A stretch of 63,915 nucleotides of DNA, the filler included, from Reticulomyxa filosa (taxonomy: Eukaryota; Protista; Foraminifera), in assembly GCA_000512085.1 (NCBI GenBank). It is 24 parts of 24 records of this genome, joined end to end, with 100 filler letters (N's around TTAATTAATTAA, not from the genome) between each part and the next. Parts side by side here need not be neighbours in the genome. Positions count along the whole stretch, not along the records: positions 9,932 to 12,558 come from ASPP01024367.1; positions 12,659 to 14,814 come from ASPP01028172.1; positions 14,915 to 16,615 come from ASPP01040204.1; positions 16,716 to 24,187 come from ASPP01015524.1; 20 more parts are not named here. One strand, written 5' to 3'. How positions within the stretch are numbered: the stretch's first letter is position 1; each line of letters begins with the position of its first letter. Shown here piece after piece: positions 10,243 through 23,556 of this stretch. The notes beneath the pieces are model-generated. The model saw only the letters and a list, made by a program, of their open reading frames with translations. It searched no databases and was not told where the DNA came from. Position numbers and translations under genes: made by a program.

Positions 10243-12519
10243 TATTTATATTGAATGTTGTGTTTATAGTTTAACAAAGTTCTTTGAAAAGAAAAAAGTT
10301 CAAATCCTCTTTTTTTTTCCCTCAAACGTGTAAAACATACCAGAGCATGCTTGGGTCAGATTCATGTCCGAAAAATCAACTGATCTTGGGAAAGAAAACA
10401 CAGCAAAAAAGGGACAATTATGAGTTGTTTTTTTTTATTCTGCAAATATTTGAATGTGCAAAACAGATTTGGGGGGAGAGGAGGATATGAATGCGTAATT
10501 TTTTTTTTAAAGGTAAGTTTTGAGTGTGGTTTAACGTTCTCCGTTTTTAATAAATGTCATATTACTTCGAGGATCTTTATTATTTTTATAGGTACATTTT
10601 TTTTTTGTTTACGTACATTAAGAATTTTCTTTAAAAAAAAAGAGGGAGGAAGGAACGATATCACAGAAAAGATCCTCGTGTGCACGTAGTTCTTGTTTCA
10701 AAGATGAAAAAAAAGGCAATCCTCCCCTTCGTAGATATAATAGAAGCACTTTTTGTGAATATTACTTCTTTCAATAATTGATTTAAATGCAACATCCATA
10801 CTTTCCGTGATACAATTGTTTCTCTTCTATAGCAGTCCATATGTATTTTTATTATTTGGAACTTTTTTAGAAACAACAGTGAAAGTGAGAAGAATTAGTT
10901 CTGACCAAACTTTGGTGATAGATCACTTGAAGAATCACACGTAATAAGACATACAAATTTTGAAAAGAAAAGAGTTGTATACGCTAAGTCGGAACAAAAT
11001 AGCGACAATTCGTTAATCCAAGTTAAAACAAAGTTGGGAAACTGAACAGAATGAAAAAAATACCTAGAAAAACTGTGAGATCACTGTTATACTTGTGTAA
11101 ATTTTTCTGTGACAAAAAATTGGATTGATGAAAGTGGGATTAAATGTGTATTTATTAGATTGATCAAAAAAACTGTTCAAATTTCTACCTTCTTTTTTCT
11201 GTTCATTCCTAAATTAAACGAAATGAATTTTTTTGTTTTTACGAAAAGAATAATAAGCACAAACACTCAAAAAATGAAAGGTAGTTGTTTTATGGAACAC
11301 TTTAAAAGTCAAAAAAACTCAGGATGATCAAAGACTTTTTGGTCACGTTCTGACCTTGAGATAAGGAGTCTAGAATTTCTGTGCTTGCCTTCTTCGATGA
11401 ACTATCCACGGTGATGGATCTCTTTGTCTATGTATGGGACAACACAACCCAAAACAAGTTTTGAAACAAATACTTTTTTTGTAGCTCACTGGCTCGAGCA
11501 CAAGTACATGTACAAGTCATATATCATTTCAAATAATTTATATTTTTTGACAAATAAATAATAATAAAATAACATTTTTTAACCAAAAGGGTGTGAATTA
11601 CAGAATATTACGTTGTACAGATATAGTTTTAAAGGGAGTAGACTATTATTTCTAAATATAATTCTTCTATTGCAAAATTGTTTAATCAGCAGTGAAGCAA
11701 ATTTTTCTCAAAGCAACAAATCTTTTTTCATTGAGCCCAAAATAATATCGCATTGCTGTTAGAACTATGTATAAATTTTTGATTTAATGGGAAAATAGGC
11801 AGACAAATGAATAATATTATTGTATCTTTATAAGAAAAGTATTACTAACATTGTTACAAAAAGTAATGTTGTTCTTTCTTCAACCTATTCATTTTTTCTA
11901 TTTGTTAACAGCAAATGGAACAAAAGTGAACAAGATGACAAAAAGCAAATCAATGCAGTGAAGTGACAAAATAACCAACAAACGGTACAAATTGAAAGTT
12001 TGAATAAATTGTCTATTCGGATTTGGTTTTATATTGTTGCTTTCTCAATATCGTCCATCGTTTTGCAACATCTACGCTTTTATCTTCGTAGCATAGTTTA
12101 TCATCAGCTAGTGTTTGATGATCATGCACAATAGCTCTCTCTATTTTGCGTGGGTGTGTATAGCTCCCTTTTTTCACTGTTGATCGAATTGGCTTTGCTC
12201 AATCCTTCTGCACTTCTTTTTTTTTGCTACATTGTTTCGAAATCAATTTTCATCAATTACTGTGCGATCAATTTAAAAAAATATCACAATTTGTACATGA
12301 ATAATTATGTAAATTCATTCCAGAGAAAATAAAATGAAAATCTATTTATGCGATTTCATATGAGTACCATAAAAGATATATCATTGGAGATAAAAATTGA
12401 TAATTCAATACAACGTATTCCTGTTTATATCTCTTTTTCAAAGATTTAACATCTAAAGAATAAAAAAAATATCTTTTTACAAGTTATACAAGGTAAACAT
12501 ATCAACAAGGAGAGTACTA

Positions 12520-12558
12520 CAGTAGGTTGCAAAGAAAACTGAACGCCTAAAACATATC
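12520..12558 (+). mobile_element. Putative Tc1/mariner-type terminal inverted repeat, copy 2
   Basis: TA|CAGTAGGTTGCAAAGAAAACTGAACGccTAAAACATATC; the contig ends inside it, as expected for a high-copy repeat. Confidence 0.65.
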
Positions 12559-13489
12559 NNNNNNNNNNNNNNNNNNNNNNNNNNNNNNNNNNNNNNNNNN
12601 NNTTAATTAATTAANNNNNNNNNNNNNNNNNNNNNNNNNNNNNNNNNNNNNNNNNNNNTAGATCATGTTCTATGATATGTGTTATTCTATTTAATATCAC
12701 TATTTATTAGGTACTTTGATTGAATTATTACCATCGTTGACTGTCCTACTTGACAACTTCTTAGTCATTATGTATTTTCTTTAAATCTCCACATATGATT
12801 CGACAGATTGTGTTTCGAAGGTGCAGTACGAATATTGGAATAACACTTTTGTGCTGGATATATTTTCCTTTCTTTGCTGTTTATAACAATCAACAACATT
12901 TTTCTGTTCATTATCGTCCATCATTCTTCGCTTTCTTTTCCAGTTTCGGGGTCAACAGTCAATACACTGATCTATTTGATTTAATTTTGTAGTTTTAATT
13001 TTTTGGTGTGTAAAAACGTTAGTATGAATTATAGCTTGACACACCCTTCATCCAACTCTTGACTTTTTTGAAAAATTCGAAGTTTTTACACTTGCAACAA
13101 AACTTAGGTGCTATTCTTCATTCGAAGACACAAGCAGTGAAACGATAATCAAAATTCTAAACGTTTTTATTTTAAAAACATAATGTACAATTTGTTAAAA
13201 ATCCAAGACTGGACAAAAACTTTTAAAAATTGACTGGTTTATCCGTTTGCGAAAAGTGCAAAGTTTTCACGATGCAAGAGTTATCCTAAATTACTCAAAT
13301 CAAAATTTCAAAAAAAGAAATCCAAACGAACCACTTTTTTTTGTCACGTGGATACAAAAAAAACTTATTTACATTTTGCTTTCGCATACGCTTGCATTGC
13401 TATGCTATCAGTCACCTTATATGTGTAAATTCACTTTTAGTTTAATTGTCACTTGCGTCGTCTCCACCGTTGTCCCCGCCAATATCATC

Positions 13490-14577
13490 AATCGGTTGCT
13501 CGACAACAAATCTAAATAATCTTTTTCTAAAAAGCTAAAATTTTCAATAGCATCGACAACTATCATTCTTTCATGCATTCTCTTACGTACTAATGCATAA
13601 ACGCACTTGCGAATCATCAATTATATTTCATGCTATACGTTTGCTAAATACTCGGGAATGCCAATGTTGTTGGTAACCATCAAAGCGTTTTTATTGAAAG
13701 CACCAATATCGTCGGATTTCAAAGTTACTGCTGGGACCTCATTCATCACAATCTTGAAATCAGTCTGGGGTCATTTAACTAAGGCAACTTTGGACTGTTG
13801 TGTCAGCCTTTTTGCTTGATGTTGCCATGATAGTCCAACAAAATGGAATTCACTGCTAAATTGCAAGGACACTGTTATGGTGTAGATTACTTTCAAAATT
13901 AGTTCATTTAGGTTATTTATATCCGTCTTTGCAATTCGCAACTTTTTTGATAAATCACGTAGATTGCTTCGTTATCTAACAGCAAAGGAACTTTGGTGTG
14001 GTCCGACAGCTAGTGAATCGCCAACAACGCAAGTTGACAAGTTCGGTGAGTGGTAAGTTTAAAGCCAACTTTTGGCATCATTCTGTAGTTGACTGACAAG
14101 CTCTCTAAAATCAAAGCACCCAACACTGAGCCAGTGCCTTTGCATACACTGTGTCCAATTACAAAGCACATAATGTTGTTGCAGTTGTCGACAACTTTTC
14201 TAAGGCAGTCAATAATTTGCTTGCCAATGATATAATAGCCTCTCACAAAGTTGTTGGCTGTGTCCTCTTTCCCGTGAACTAAGAGCTCAGAGTGGAAAAT
14301 AGTTACAAAATGCTCATTTTTTGCATCATCAATGACACTAAATTCCAAATCACCTATAATTTCTTTTTTATTATACGTATAAGAATAAAAAAAAGAAAAA
14401 AAACATACTGCGAAATTTCGTGCCAATACCTGTTTTACCAAAAAACACTTTAAGAGTAATCTTTTCTTTGTACTTGCCACCATTATCAATACCGTGCACA
14501 GTATAATATTGCTCACAGATGGCGCTGTCCAGTTGGATGCCGGCCTGGCTGACTTCAATTGTTAAAACTTTTCTCAT
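13490..14577 (-). pseudogene. Divergent alpha-tubulin pseudogene
   Basis: MRKVLTIEVSQAGIQL, DLEFSVID, GKEDTANNFVRGYY, HSVCKGTGSVLGAL, LLDNEAIY, TDFKIVMNEVP and NFSFLEKDY are recognisable. It has stops, frameshifts, an internal deletion and a retained intron at about 14356-14407. Confidence 0.9.
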
Positions 14578-14914
14578 TGTAATTATTTAACCAACAAAAC
14601 AACAGCAAAAAAAAAAAGGAACTACCTTTAAAAAATCAAAGGGGATCTTCATAGTTTGACGAAGCAAAGATTATTTTTTTGTTTGTTTTGGAATCATAAT
14701 TAAAAAAAATCATTTTCGAATATGCTTTGGTATTTGTGCATTTTGTTTTTGCTACCACTTTTGAGTTATTGTATTGATTACAAAATTTGATGAACAATTG
14801 CAAAAATATTGTACNNNNNNNNNNNNNNNNNNNNNNNNNNNNNNNNNNNNNNNNNNNNTTAATTAATTAANNNNNNNNNNNNNNNNNNNNNNNNNNNNNN
14901 NNNNNNNNNNNNNN

Positions 14915-15126
14915 ATGACAACAATTTGATGTTCGTAAATTTAAAATCACTGATTATTTTGGCTCATTCAATCGTCAAAAAATAACTCAAAGTGTCTATT
15001 GAAGCAGCAAATGCAGCAACAATATTCAGCATATCAAGAGTTAGCATAAGTTACCGAAACTGGAATAAATATATCAAAGGCCATTCTAGATCATGTCTTC
15101 CTTGAAGGGACAAGTTTCAAAGATGC
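14915..15126 (+). pseudogene. Decayed paralogue of the NACHT-pentapeptide-WD40 gene
   Basis: DNNLMFVNLKS..SSKNN..VSIEAANAATIFSISRVSISYRNWNK..AILDHVFLEGTSFKDA aligns with DTNPIYTNLKS..ASKNSENISIAAANAITILNSANVNMHYKNWDH..AILDHAFLERTNLNGA of 5278-9831; it is frameshifted. Confidence 0.8.
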
Positions 15127-16615
15127 CATTAATTGTAATTTGCCCATTGCATATGAGTGGGCTATATGGTTCATCTCCGCTTCTCCTCGTACTTTCAAAA
15201 AAACTTCTTGTTTCCACACAATCAAATAGTAAATGTTGGACAGGTTTTCCCATTTTTTTTCACATCATTTGCAATATTCTACTGCCAATCTCCTTCCATG
15301 CGACGACGATTTTTTCCAACATACATTGATGTTATTTGTTATTACCTTAAACAGGTATCCGTTCTGTTCCTCCTTTTCAAGCAACTTCTTGTATATTTTG
15401 GGGTATATTTCATGCAGTGACTCTATGATGCCAATACAGATTTGCATATGTTCGTTATTTTTCATTTCTTTTTTATCTTTCTGGAAATGATAATCGTATA
15501 TCTGCGTTTTCAAAATACGTTTCCAAATAAATAAGTTGTCTGGTAGGTCTTTTATGCTCCAAAATTGCTGGAGTTCGTATTTCTTCAATGTCAGCAATAC
15601 CTCCCCGCAGTAAGTGGATATAAATTCCTGTTAGCCTTCGCTGCTATTATTAATCAAGTCTATGTTCTCTGTAATGTAGTCATGCTCTTTCAGTATAAGT
15701 TTACCAACCATCGTGTCTTGTTTGGTTTTGATAAACACATAGTATTCACATAATAGCATCAGGTCATGTCTAGCTTCGATTGGTGGGATGCCTAGTAAGA
15801 GGCGAATGGCTGTCCTTTTGGAAGTACAATGAGTTTGTATTATCTTTGTGATTGCACGATGCTGAATGATTTCTAGTTTGTTTGCTAATGTCTTATTCAG
15901 TGTAAAGATACGCGATCATTATTCAAGTATTGGTCTTATCATTTGTATGTAGTATTTCTGTTGTAGGTCAGTGGATAGTGGTCCCCCAATTATGTTATAT
16001 TCTATGCTCTTTTGGACAATGGCGCATACTTTCTCATAAACTGCCATCACATGGTCCTTCCAACATCGATTTTTTATATTTATTGTTACTTCCAAATACT
16101 TTATTTTGTCGACAATATTCTTTATTTGGGTATTCTCTATTCTAGTCTGTCGTAGCTTATTTATTACTGACAATGTACAATTCGCTTCGTTCATCTTCAA
16201 TCCCCATTTGGTACAATAGTCTCTTACGAGTTTTATCTTTTTATTTATGTCACTTTTGTTTTTTCCAACAATAAGATGTCATCTGTGTAAAACGACATGA
16301 TTCAGCTATTTATTTGCTTAATATCTTGTATTATATCATTGATATACATATTAAAGAATGGTGCACTGGTTGAGAATCCTTGACCTGTTCCTATCTCTAG
16401 GACAATCTCGTTGTCGCATAGCCCATTGTTTTCGATTATAATTTTACTATATCCGAAGATGCGTTTTATCACTTGGTATATATGCCCAGTTATCCTACAC
16501 TCATAAAGTTTAGTTAGTACTCCAGGTATCCATATTGTCAAATGCTTTCTTTATGTCTATCGTACATATGAAAGTTTCTTTCTTTTGATATCTTGATGTG
16601 ATAGTAGTATTCGTA
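15127..16615 (-). mobile_element. Degenerate non-LTR (LINE) retrotransposon, reverse transcriptase and 3' region
   Basis: RT motifs IDIKKAFD, GTGQGFSTSAPFFNMYINDI, FYTDDI, WGLKMN, IKYLEV and YYIQMIRPILE, with several stops and frameshifts. Confidence 0.88.
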
Positions 16616-16876
16616 NNNNNNNNNNNNNNNNNNNNNNNNNNNNNNNNNNNNNNNNNNNNTTAATTAATTAANNNNNNNNNNNNNNNNNNNNNNNNNNNNN
16701 NNNNNNNNNNNNNNNAAAAAAAAAAAACAAAAAAAAAACACGCATTTACGACCCCTTTGAATTTTTTTCCACCTCCCCTCAGTTTTGAAAAACCTAACAA
16801 AAACGAAGTATAAATTATGTAACAACAGAAGGGACACAATAATCGCATTGGGGAGTGGATTTTTGAGTAACACGGC

Positions 16877-17830
16877 ATGGATTTTTTGGCCTATTTTCTG
16901 CAGCTGATATTGATGCAGCGTAGCGGTGGGCAAAATGCGCAGAAGAGGTCGCAACGAGTGGCGATAGTAATGGCGTTTTTGCATGGATCGATATTTATGT
17001 ACTTCTTTGTTGAAACGGGACATGAGGAAACAGAATGGGTCATTTCATTAGTGGTAATTGGCTTGGACGTGTTGTTTGGAACGGCGATGCTGTTTCTCAT
17101 GGCTGCTTATCCACGACAAAGGTACAAACGGAGCACTGCTTATTACGTTAGTTACGTCTGGCTGTTGCATGTGGCGTGGCTGTCCACCTTGATTGCTCTA
17201 GGCGACTTCAACAATTGCATATATTGGCTTTGCGTTTGTGTGCGCCAAGTCTCGCATCCTTTGCTATTGTTTTGGGTCTTGCGAAGGGATTCACAAGTAT
17301 TGACTTTTAAACACAATATGACCATTACTACTTTATTGTTATTTTTTTACCCATACTTTATATTATACTTTTATGCCACTACGTATACGTCTGTCCGTTT
17401 GTGGAAAGAAAGAAGAATAATCCTATGACATATATAAACATATATGTACATATAGAATACATATATAACAAAGCTATTATTGTTAAATTTTTTTTTTTGG
17501 TATTGTTTTTGTTTGGTTGTGGACATGAATAAACAAAATAATAATAATAATTACAATGGTGATGATTTGATGCAAGTATTGGAGACAAATGACCCTTGAA
17601 ATAATGCGTGATACAAAAGAACACCCGCTTCTGTATGACAGTCTCTATAAACACTCGCATAAGAATTCTCCGATCGAAGCAAGTGTGACATTCACCGAAG
17701 TCAAAGATGGGATTGACATGCATGTGAAAATATTTGACTGGGCCCAACTGACTCTGGACGATACCGACCCACGTTCATTACTTGGAACGGGGACATCAGG
17801 CGCTGTTATTATGGGTTAGTTTTACTTTTC

Positions 17831-17861
<31 letters not shown>

Positions 17862-17940
17862 AAAGGAGGAGAGGTTATTATAGAATATACTCCCATGAAA
17901 GAGGCTATATATAATATCATAGCGTTTGATATGTATTATC

Positions 17941-17976
<36 letters not shown>

Positions 17977-19150
17977 AAAAGGTACATATAAAGGCAAACC
18001 CGTGGCAATCAAGGCCATCACTTGTCGCGAGTTGGATCTAAGCTTGGATGTTGTGCACGTGTTCAACAAGGAGGCAATACTATGCCAAAACCTTCAACAC
18101 AAAAACATTGTTCAGTTTTTAGGGGTCGCCATTCAGCCGCCACAATTGTGTTTGATCTTTGAATACTGTTCCCATCGCTCGCTCTTGCATGTCTTGCGTG
18201 ATGTGAACACGTATCCCTTTTCGTTTGATCTCGTTTTACATATCGCCTTGGATATCGCCGAAGGAATGAATTTCCTTCATAATAATGGCATTGTCCACAG
18301 AGATTTAAAGCCAGACAATATTTTGATGGAATATGACAAAACCGAGCAAAGACTTTTTGCAAAAGGTTTTTTCCCTCTCCTTTTTTTCTTTCTTCAAATA
18401 GACTTTTCGTGTACATACATTACATTTTTCAAATTTCAGAGGCGAAATTAAAGATAGTTCATACACACTAAAAAAAAAGTATGCGATTTTGGAGTGTCTC
18501 GGATGGTTGGAAATTGGAGTGATTCCCAAAAATCTGGACACTTACTTTCGATATTCGATCCGAAAGAAGATCGAAAAAAACAAGCTCGGGCTAGCACAAC
18601 ATCTCAAGCGTCAACAGTAGAGACACGTAGAGGCGGTCCGGTAGGCACTCCAACGTACATGTCACCTGAAATATTGAAAAATTGGCATCTCCCTCATGGG
18701 GGCTCTGCCTTGGCGTCGTCGTATACATCTTGGACCAATATTCAGTACTCTTTCCCGGTCGATGTCTTTAGCTATGGGCTGATATTGTGGGAGCTCGTCA
18801 TGCGAGACCAAGTGTACGGAAATGAGGCCAAAAATGTATTTCAAATTCGCCAAGCTGTTTTGGAAGGAAAACGACCCAAAATTCCTCAGTTCATTCCCGA
18901 TGAATATAGCTCGCTAATGTCCGACTGCTGGCAACACACACCCGAAAAACGACCGAACTTTCGGCAAGTTGTCCAGAGACTGCGCGACGTCTTGGAATTA
19001 CCAAAACCGAGCCGCAAAAAAAACAGTATCATTTTATGTGTGCCCACAGTACATGAGTTACTGGAGGGCTCAGAACAAGAAAACCCCTGCTCGACTCCCT
19101 ATCTTACACCCTTGACACAGTTTGATAGCAGCTTAAATGGTACGGAGTAA
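16877..19150 (+). CDS. Multi-pass membrane (7TM-like) receptor fused to a tyrosine-kinase-like (TKL) kinase, probably 5' partial
   Basis: The hydrophobic exon ends LLFWVLRRDSQ at 17296 and joins in phase 0 to YWRQM at 17577. Kinase motifs: LGTGTSGAV, VAIK, HRDLKPDN, DFG, GTPTYMSPE, DVFSYGLILWEL, CW..PEKRP. Confidence 0.88.
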
Positions 19151-19481
19151 TACTCTGTTATAATTAGAATTTTTTAAAATGTTTTAGGACAAAAAATTAA
19201 CACCGAATTGTAAAATTGACGCTTTGTCACTGTCATAAACCTTCTTTTTTCCCCTTCTCTTGTTCTATGTCGACTTTAAATAACACGTACTGAAGGAATG
19301 TATCTTATTGCGTTTGGTTCAGCCTTCAATTAAATGTATCACATCAACCATTTGCTTTGTTGGTGTTGAAAACATACTTTTTCTAAAGATGTCGTTCAAC
19401 GGTTGGTGAACTCAAAAAGCGAACCCCTTCTACTGAACATTTTTTAAAATCGGCATTAAAATCTCTAACAATTTCAGATCA

Positions 19482-20159
19482 ATGAGCCACAACTTGCGTC
19501 ATCTTCAAACAACAGAACGTCACTTCTTACGATTGTATGCAGCTGTTCGAAGGTGTCATCGCATCTTACCAAATAACATGCGGTCTCTTGGTGATCAATT
19601 TGCTCGTGTCGGTTTAGTCTTTAGTTGTTTTTTTTTCTTCATTCCAAGACCACACAAGAGGAAGAAAAAAATAAATAAATAAAAGACAGAATGAATTTGA
19701 GCAACACAAGCCTCATTTGGTTGGAGAAGAGCCTCTGCGGCATTTCTTTGTAGAATGGTGTGTAATGAGCAAGAAAAAATTTGAATTTTTCAAACAACAA
19801 TGTATCATATAATATAGGACTAACTACTTAAAAGTGATGATCGAACAAGCAAAAGATATATCAGTAAGTATTTGAAAGGTTTTTTTAAATGTTCTGATAG
19901 AGAATATATGTTTCATATTTCAATAAAAAGTAATGGTATTTAAAAAAGATAATAAAACTGACTTTGCTCATAAGAGCACATAAAATCTTGCCCAAACACG
20001 TTGTTATAGGAATCCAAATCTAAGGATGCGTCGCTTGGTTTTGGAAAGCACTTATCAATTGCAGAAGCGCAAGAAATGACAGTTGAACAATTGCAAAGAC
20101 TCTCTGATTTTTGGCAACAGCTTGACTCTTTCCAAAATGATAACAATGAGACAAAGTGA
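19482..20159 (+). CDS. SDHAF3: Succinate dehydrogenase assembly factor 3 (ACN9, LYR family), four exons
   Basis: LRLYAAVRRCHRILPNNMRSLGDQFAR|NEFEQHK..FFVEW|TNYLKVMIEQ..|GFGKHLS..MTVEQLQRL matches the SDHAF3 pattern LY...R.HR.LP...R.LGD.Y...EF..HK. Confidence 0.8.
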
Positions 20160-21193
20160 TTTTAAAACAGAAAATTAATATTTGTTGTGTGAGGTTTACT
20201 TCAAATTCATATAATCAGAACTACATATTTCTGTACCCATCAATAAAAATAAAACTGCTAATCGATGTTCTTAATTCACTCTAATTTATAGCTGAAGCAT
20301 TTGTTTTTTACAACCGAGACCCGAATAAACAAATAAACATTTTCGAGTTTGTTCACCAAAATCACTATTTTTTGAAAATCATGTGTCTTGAAAGTTTTAT
20401 TAAAAACAAATATATTTTTGTTTTCCAGGATGTGCAAATATAATTTTTAAAAAATGGATTTTTAACGTTAAACTTGAAAATGCTCAGAGGTTAGTTTTAG
20501 TGAGTTTTTTGAACGTCGATTGTATATTGATATGGCAACTTCGTTAAGTAAACAATAAACAAGATATTGTGAAAATACAAAATAATAATTAGAATCTATA
20601 TAAAAATTAAAAATGAACAAACACGAAACAAAGCAAAAATTAATGAGTAATATTTAACGTTAGTATATTAAATTGATTTTTATAAACTTTTTGAAATTTT
20701 CTTTAAATTTATATGACTTAGAAGTTAAAACGTATTATTTGTTTGGCAATAGCAGCATTAATAGCGAAGTGTTTATCACTTACTATTACATATTGTTGCA
20801 ATTATGCATTTGCTGATATAAGCTACGCTTTTGTTGAAAGCCAAACTGCTTGATTTTATTTCATTAACTTTTGATTATTGAGTTTGATTTTAGCATAATA
20901 AAATAATATGTTTAATATAGTTCAATTAAATAAAATTTATGTAATATAACTGTATTGTGAAATAATTTCTGTCGAATTGAGTCATGACAATTTTAGACAT
21001 TATAAATGGTCTTTATTAGAAAAACGTTGAGTTTCAGCATCATTTATATTTCTTTTTTTATTGTTTCTAATTACAAAAAATTGATTTATTACTAATTACA
21101 TCAAACTTCATCACACTTTTATTCAATTTAAACATTTCAGAAAAAATTTGCAATTATTGTTTATGTTTGCTGCAGTGATGAAAAACTGTCAAT

Positions 21194-21994
21194 TTATTGA
21201 CTGACGGAAGAAGTTATGACAGTTTTGGTGCGCGGAGTATTCATTTCAATTACTATTCGATATTCCCGATCATTTGGTAGTAATGTTAATTCGTCAATAC
21301 CTTTTTCATCGTATCGCAACTTAGATTGATATTCTTTGACAGCAACATCTCCTCGTCTCAATCTCACTCGTATCATATTTTTGCGCTCGGTGTCTGGTTG
21401 TAATTCAATACCGAGACTATCTCCATAATAAAAGGGTACCTTTGAGGTGTATTCAATCACACGAGTTTGCTCATTCTCGCCAAACTTCCGACAACTGATT
21501 GGCCATGCCCAGACGTATATGAGAAGAACAATACAACAAAATCAACCACTTTTAAGTGATTGAAGTGATCGAAAAAAACAGTGCCTTGATTATATTTTTA
21601 AGTTTTTTTTGAAGTATATTTGATCATACCAATAGAGATAGCCACTATTTCCGACCCATGCCAAATAGTATGGTGAGTTCTGTCCGACAAATGTTTTGGT
21701 ACATTGTTGTTTCGATGTCTTCGCATCAAACTTATCTGTTATAATAATAGTCATTGATGCTTCTTGTTTTTCATTTTCTTCTGTTTTGGAAGATGGTCCG
21801 AACTGTTCGGTTTGAATTTTCAATTCCCAAACATGCTTTTTACATTTTCGTAGATCCACCGCTTTACTACCTACTACCAGCTCAGCGGCCTCACCAGATA
21901 TCATCGTTTTCGTGTATGTTGCTTCATTTTTTTCTGTCTTTATCCATTTTCCACCTATCAAAAACTCTTCTGTTGTAGTAACAGCTTGTGCCAT
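21194..21994 (-). CDS. Hypothetical protein, possibly a divergent SPRY/B30.2 domain (two exons)
   Basis: Beta-rich pattern VVGSKAV..KHVWELKI..YLAWVGNSG..FYYGDSLGIEL..EYRIVIEM; the domain call is weak. Confidence 0.4.
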
Positions 21995-22229
21995 GGGTAC
22001 AAAAAGATTTTTTAAGAATTCTTTGAAAGCCTCACTTTTTTTGTGAAAAGAAACTTTTCTTACAAAAACGTATTTATAATTAGCCGCATTTTTTGAACTA
22101 AGAAAAAAATATGAAAGTTAAATTAATACAGACGCTTGTACCAATACAATTTATTTTTTTGAAAAAAGAAACGGTTGTCCAACTCAAAAGTTTAAGTGCT
22201 TGACTCTTTCGTATGAGGACTTGTCACTT

Positions 22230-23255
22230 TAAGAACATCATTCAAAGTATTGTTCTTCACTGTCAACTGGTCAACTTGTATTGTTAAGTTTGCAGCTTTA
22301 TTTATAAGTTCGTTCACTTGGTGTTCATATTGTACCCTTAGTTTGGAATTCTGCTGCATCAGTTGCAAAATTTTTTTGTCTTTTGCGTTATTTTGTTTTT
22401 CTAGGAGCTATTTTCAAATGTTTATGTTGAATTTTGGCCAAATTGAAAATTACAATGCAAATAAAAAAGTAATGTCCACATAGTTACACAATTTTCAAAA
22501 CTTTGTTGGCATCAGATTTGCCATGAATCGTAGAATACATGTTTGTATTTGTTTTTTCGTGAAGAAATAGAGATGAATTTAAACTTTTTATTGCGTCATC
22601 TTGAATGTCGTAATTTGTTTTTAAATCATCGAATTGTAATTGAAGATTCTCATTGTTGTGCTGTATTGTGCTTAGTGTTTCTTGCAAGTTTTTGATTTGT
22701 TGTGTTTGCATCATTTCTTTATGCATAAGCGATTTTAAATCTTGTTCCATATTTTGATTAAGGAAAAGCAATTGGCTTTTTTGTCTTTCACATTCAATTA
22801 ATTTAGCTTGTGCCTCTTGGAAGTATTGCTCCCATAAGGTACACTTTGCTTCTAACTTTTCTACTAGACTTGAAGATTGCAAGAATTTTTGATGAAAGTT
22901 CCTTGAAACTGTTTGTTGCTACTTGCATTTTTAAACAAAGTTAAAAAAATTCTCTTATTTCTTTGTCCATTCGTAGAGACATGCAGTTGAAAACTAAAAC
23001 TTGTTTTATGTGCTTGAAAACGTCATTCCACATTAATTTAATTAACTCTGCACCATTGACCGAGGTCATAAACTGTAAGCCATTAGTGTTGAGATTTAAA
23101 TGAGAGTTTTTTGCCTCGTTATATGGACAAGTTATTTGTGTACTTGCGCACAAGATGTCAATTTTTTTCTCTAATCCTTGTTTAATATTTTGTAACTCAT
23201 TTTGGATTTCATTTAATTCTCTTTCGCGGTTTGCAACAATATCTTCTGTTGCCAT
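22230..23255 (-). CDS. Coiled-coil protein (multi-exon)
   Basis: Consecutive Q/E/K/L-rich heptad ORFs at 22941-23255 and 22484-22882, plus a terminal exon. Confidence 0.55.
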
Positions 23256-23556
23256 AATTTCTTTTTAATTCTTGTCCTTCAATGTTGATTAACAAATACT
23301 ACGTCGAAACAGCCCTCAGAATTACTCACTGGCCTATGCAATCGTTACAAATGAGGATGGCAACAAATGATCTGTGTGAAGGGCAAAATATATTCATTTT
23401 TATAACAATGATTGTGTTTTTTGAGCAATGTTAAATACTTGTACTTGTGTCTATATTTTGTTTACAAACGCAACTGAAACAAAAGGAAAGCAGGGGAGGG
23501 GATTAGCTAAAAAAAACCTTCTTTTTTATTGATCCAGTTTAATTTTATGTGTTGGA

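Noticed and set aside
11320-11460. GC-richer island as a possible box C/D snoRNA
   Set aside because: The box C match is imperfect and no terminal stem or guide sequence could be supported.
15127-16615. Retron, DGR or group II intron RT diversifying the WD40 repeats
   Set aside because: The motifs are those of a non-LTR retrotransposon, the ORF is broken, and no template/variable repeat pair was seen.
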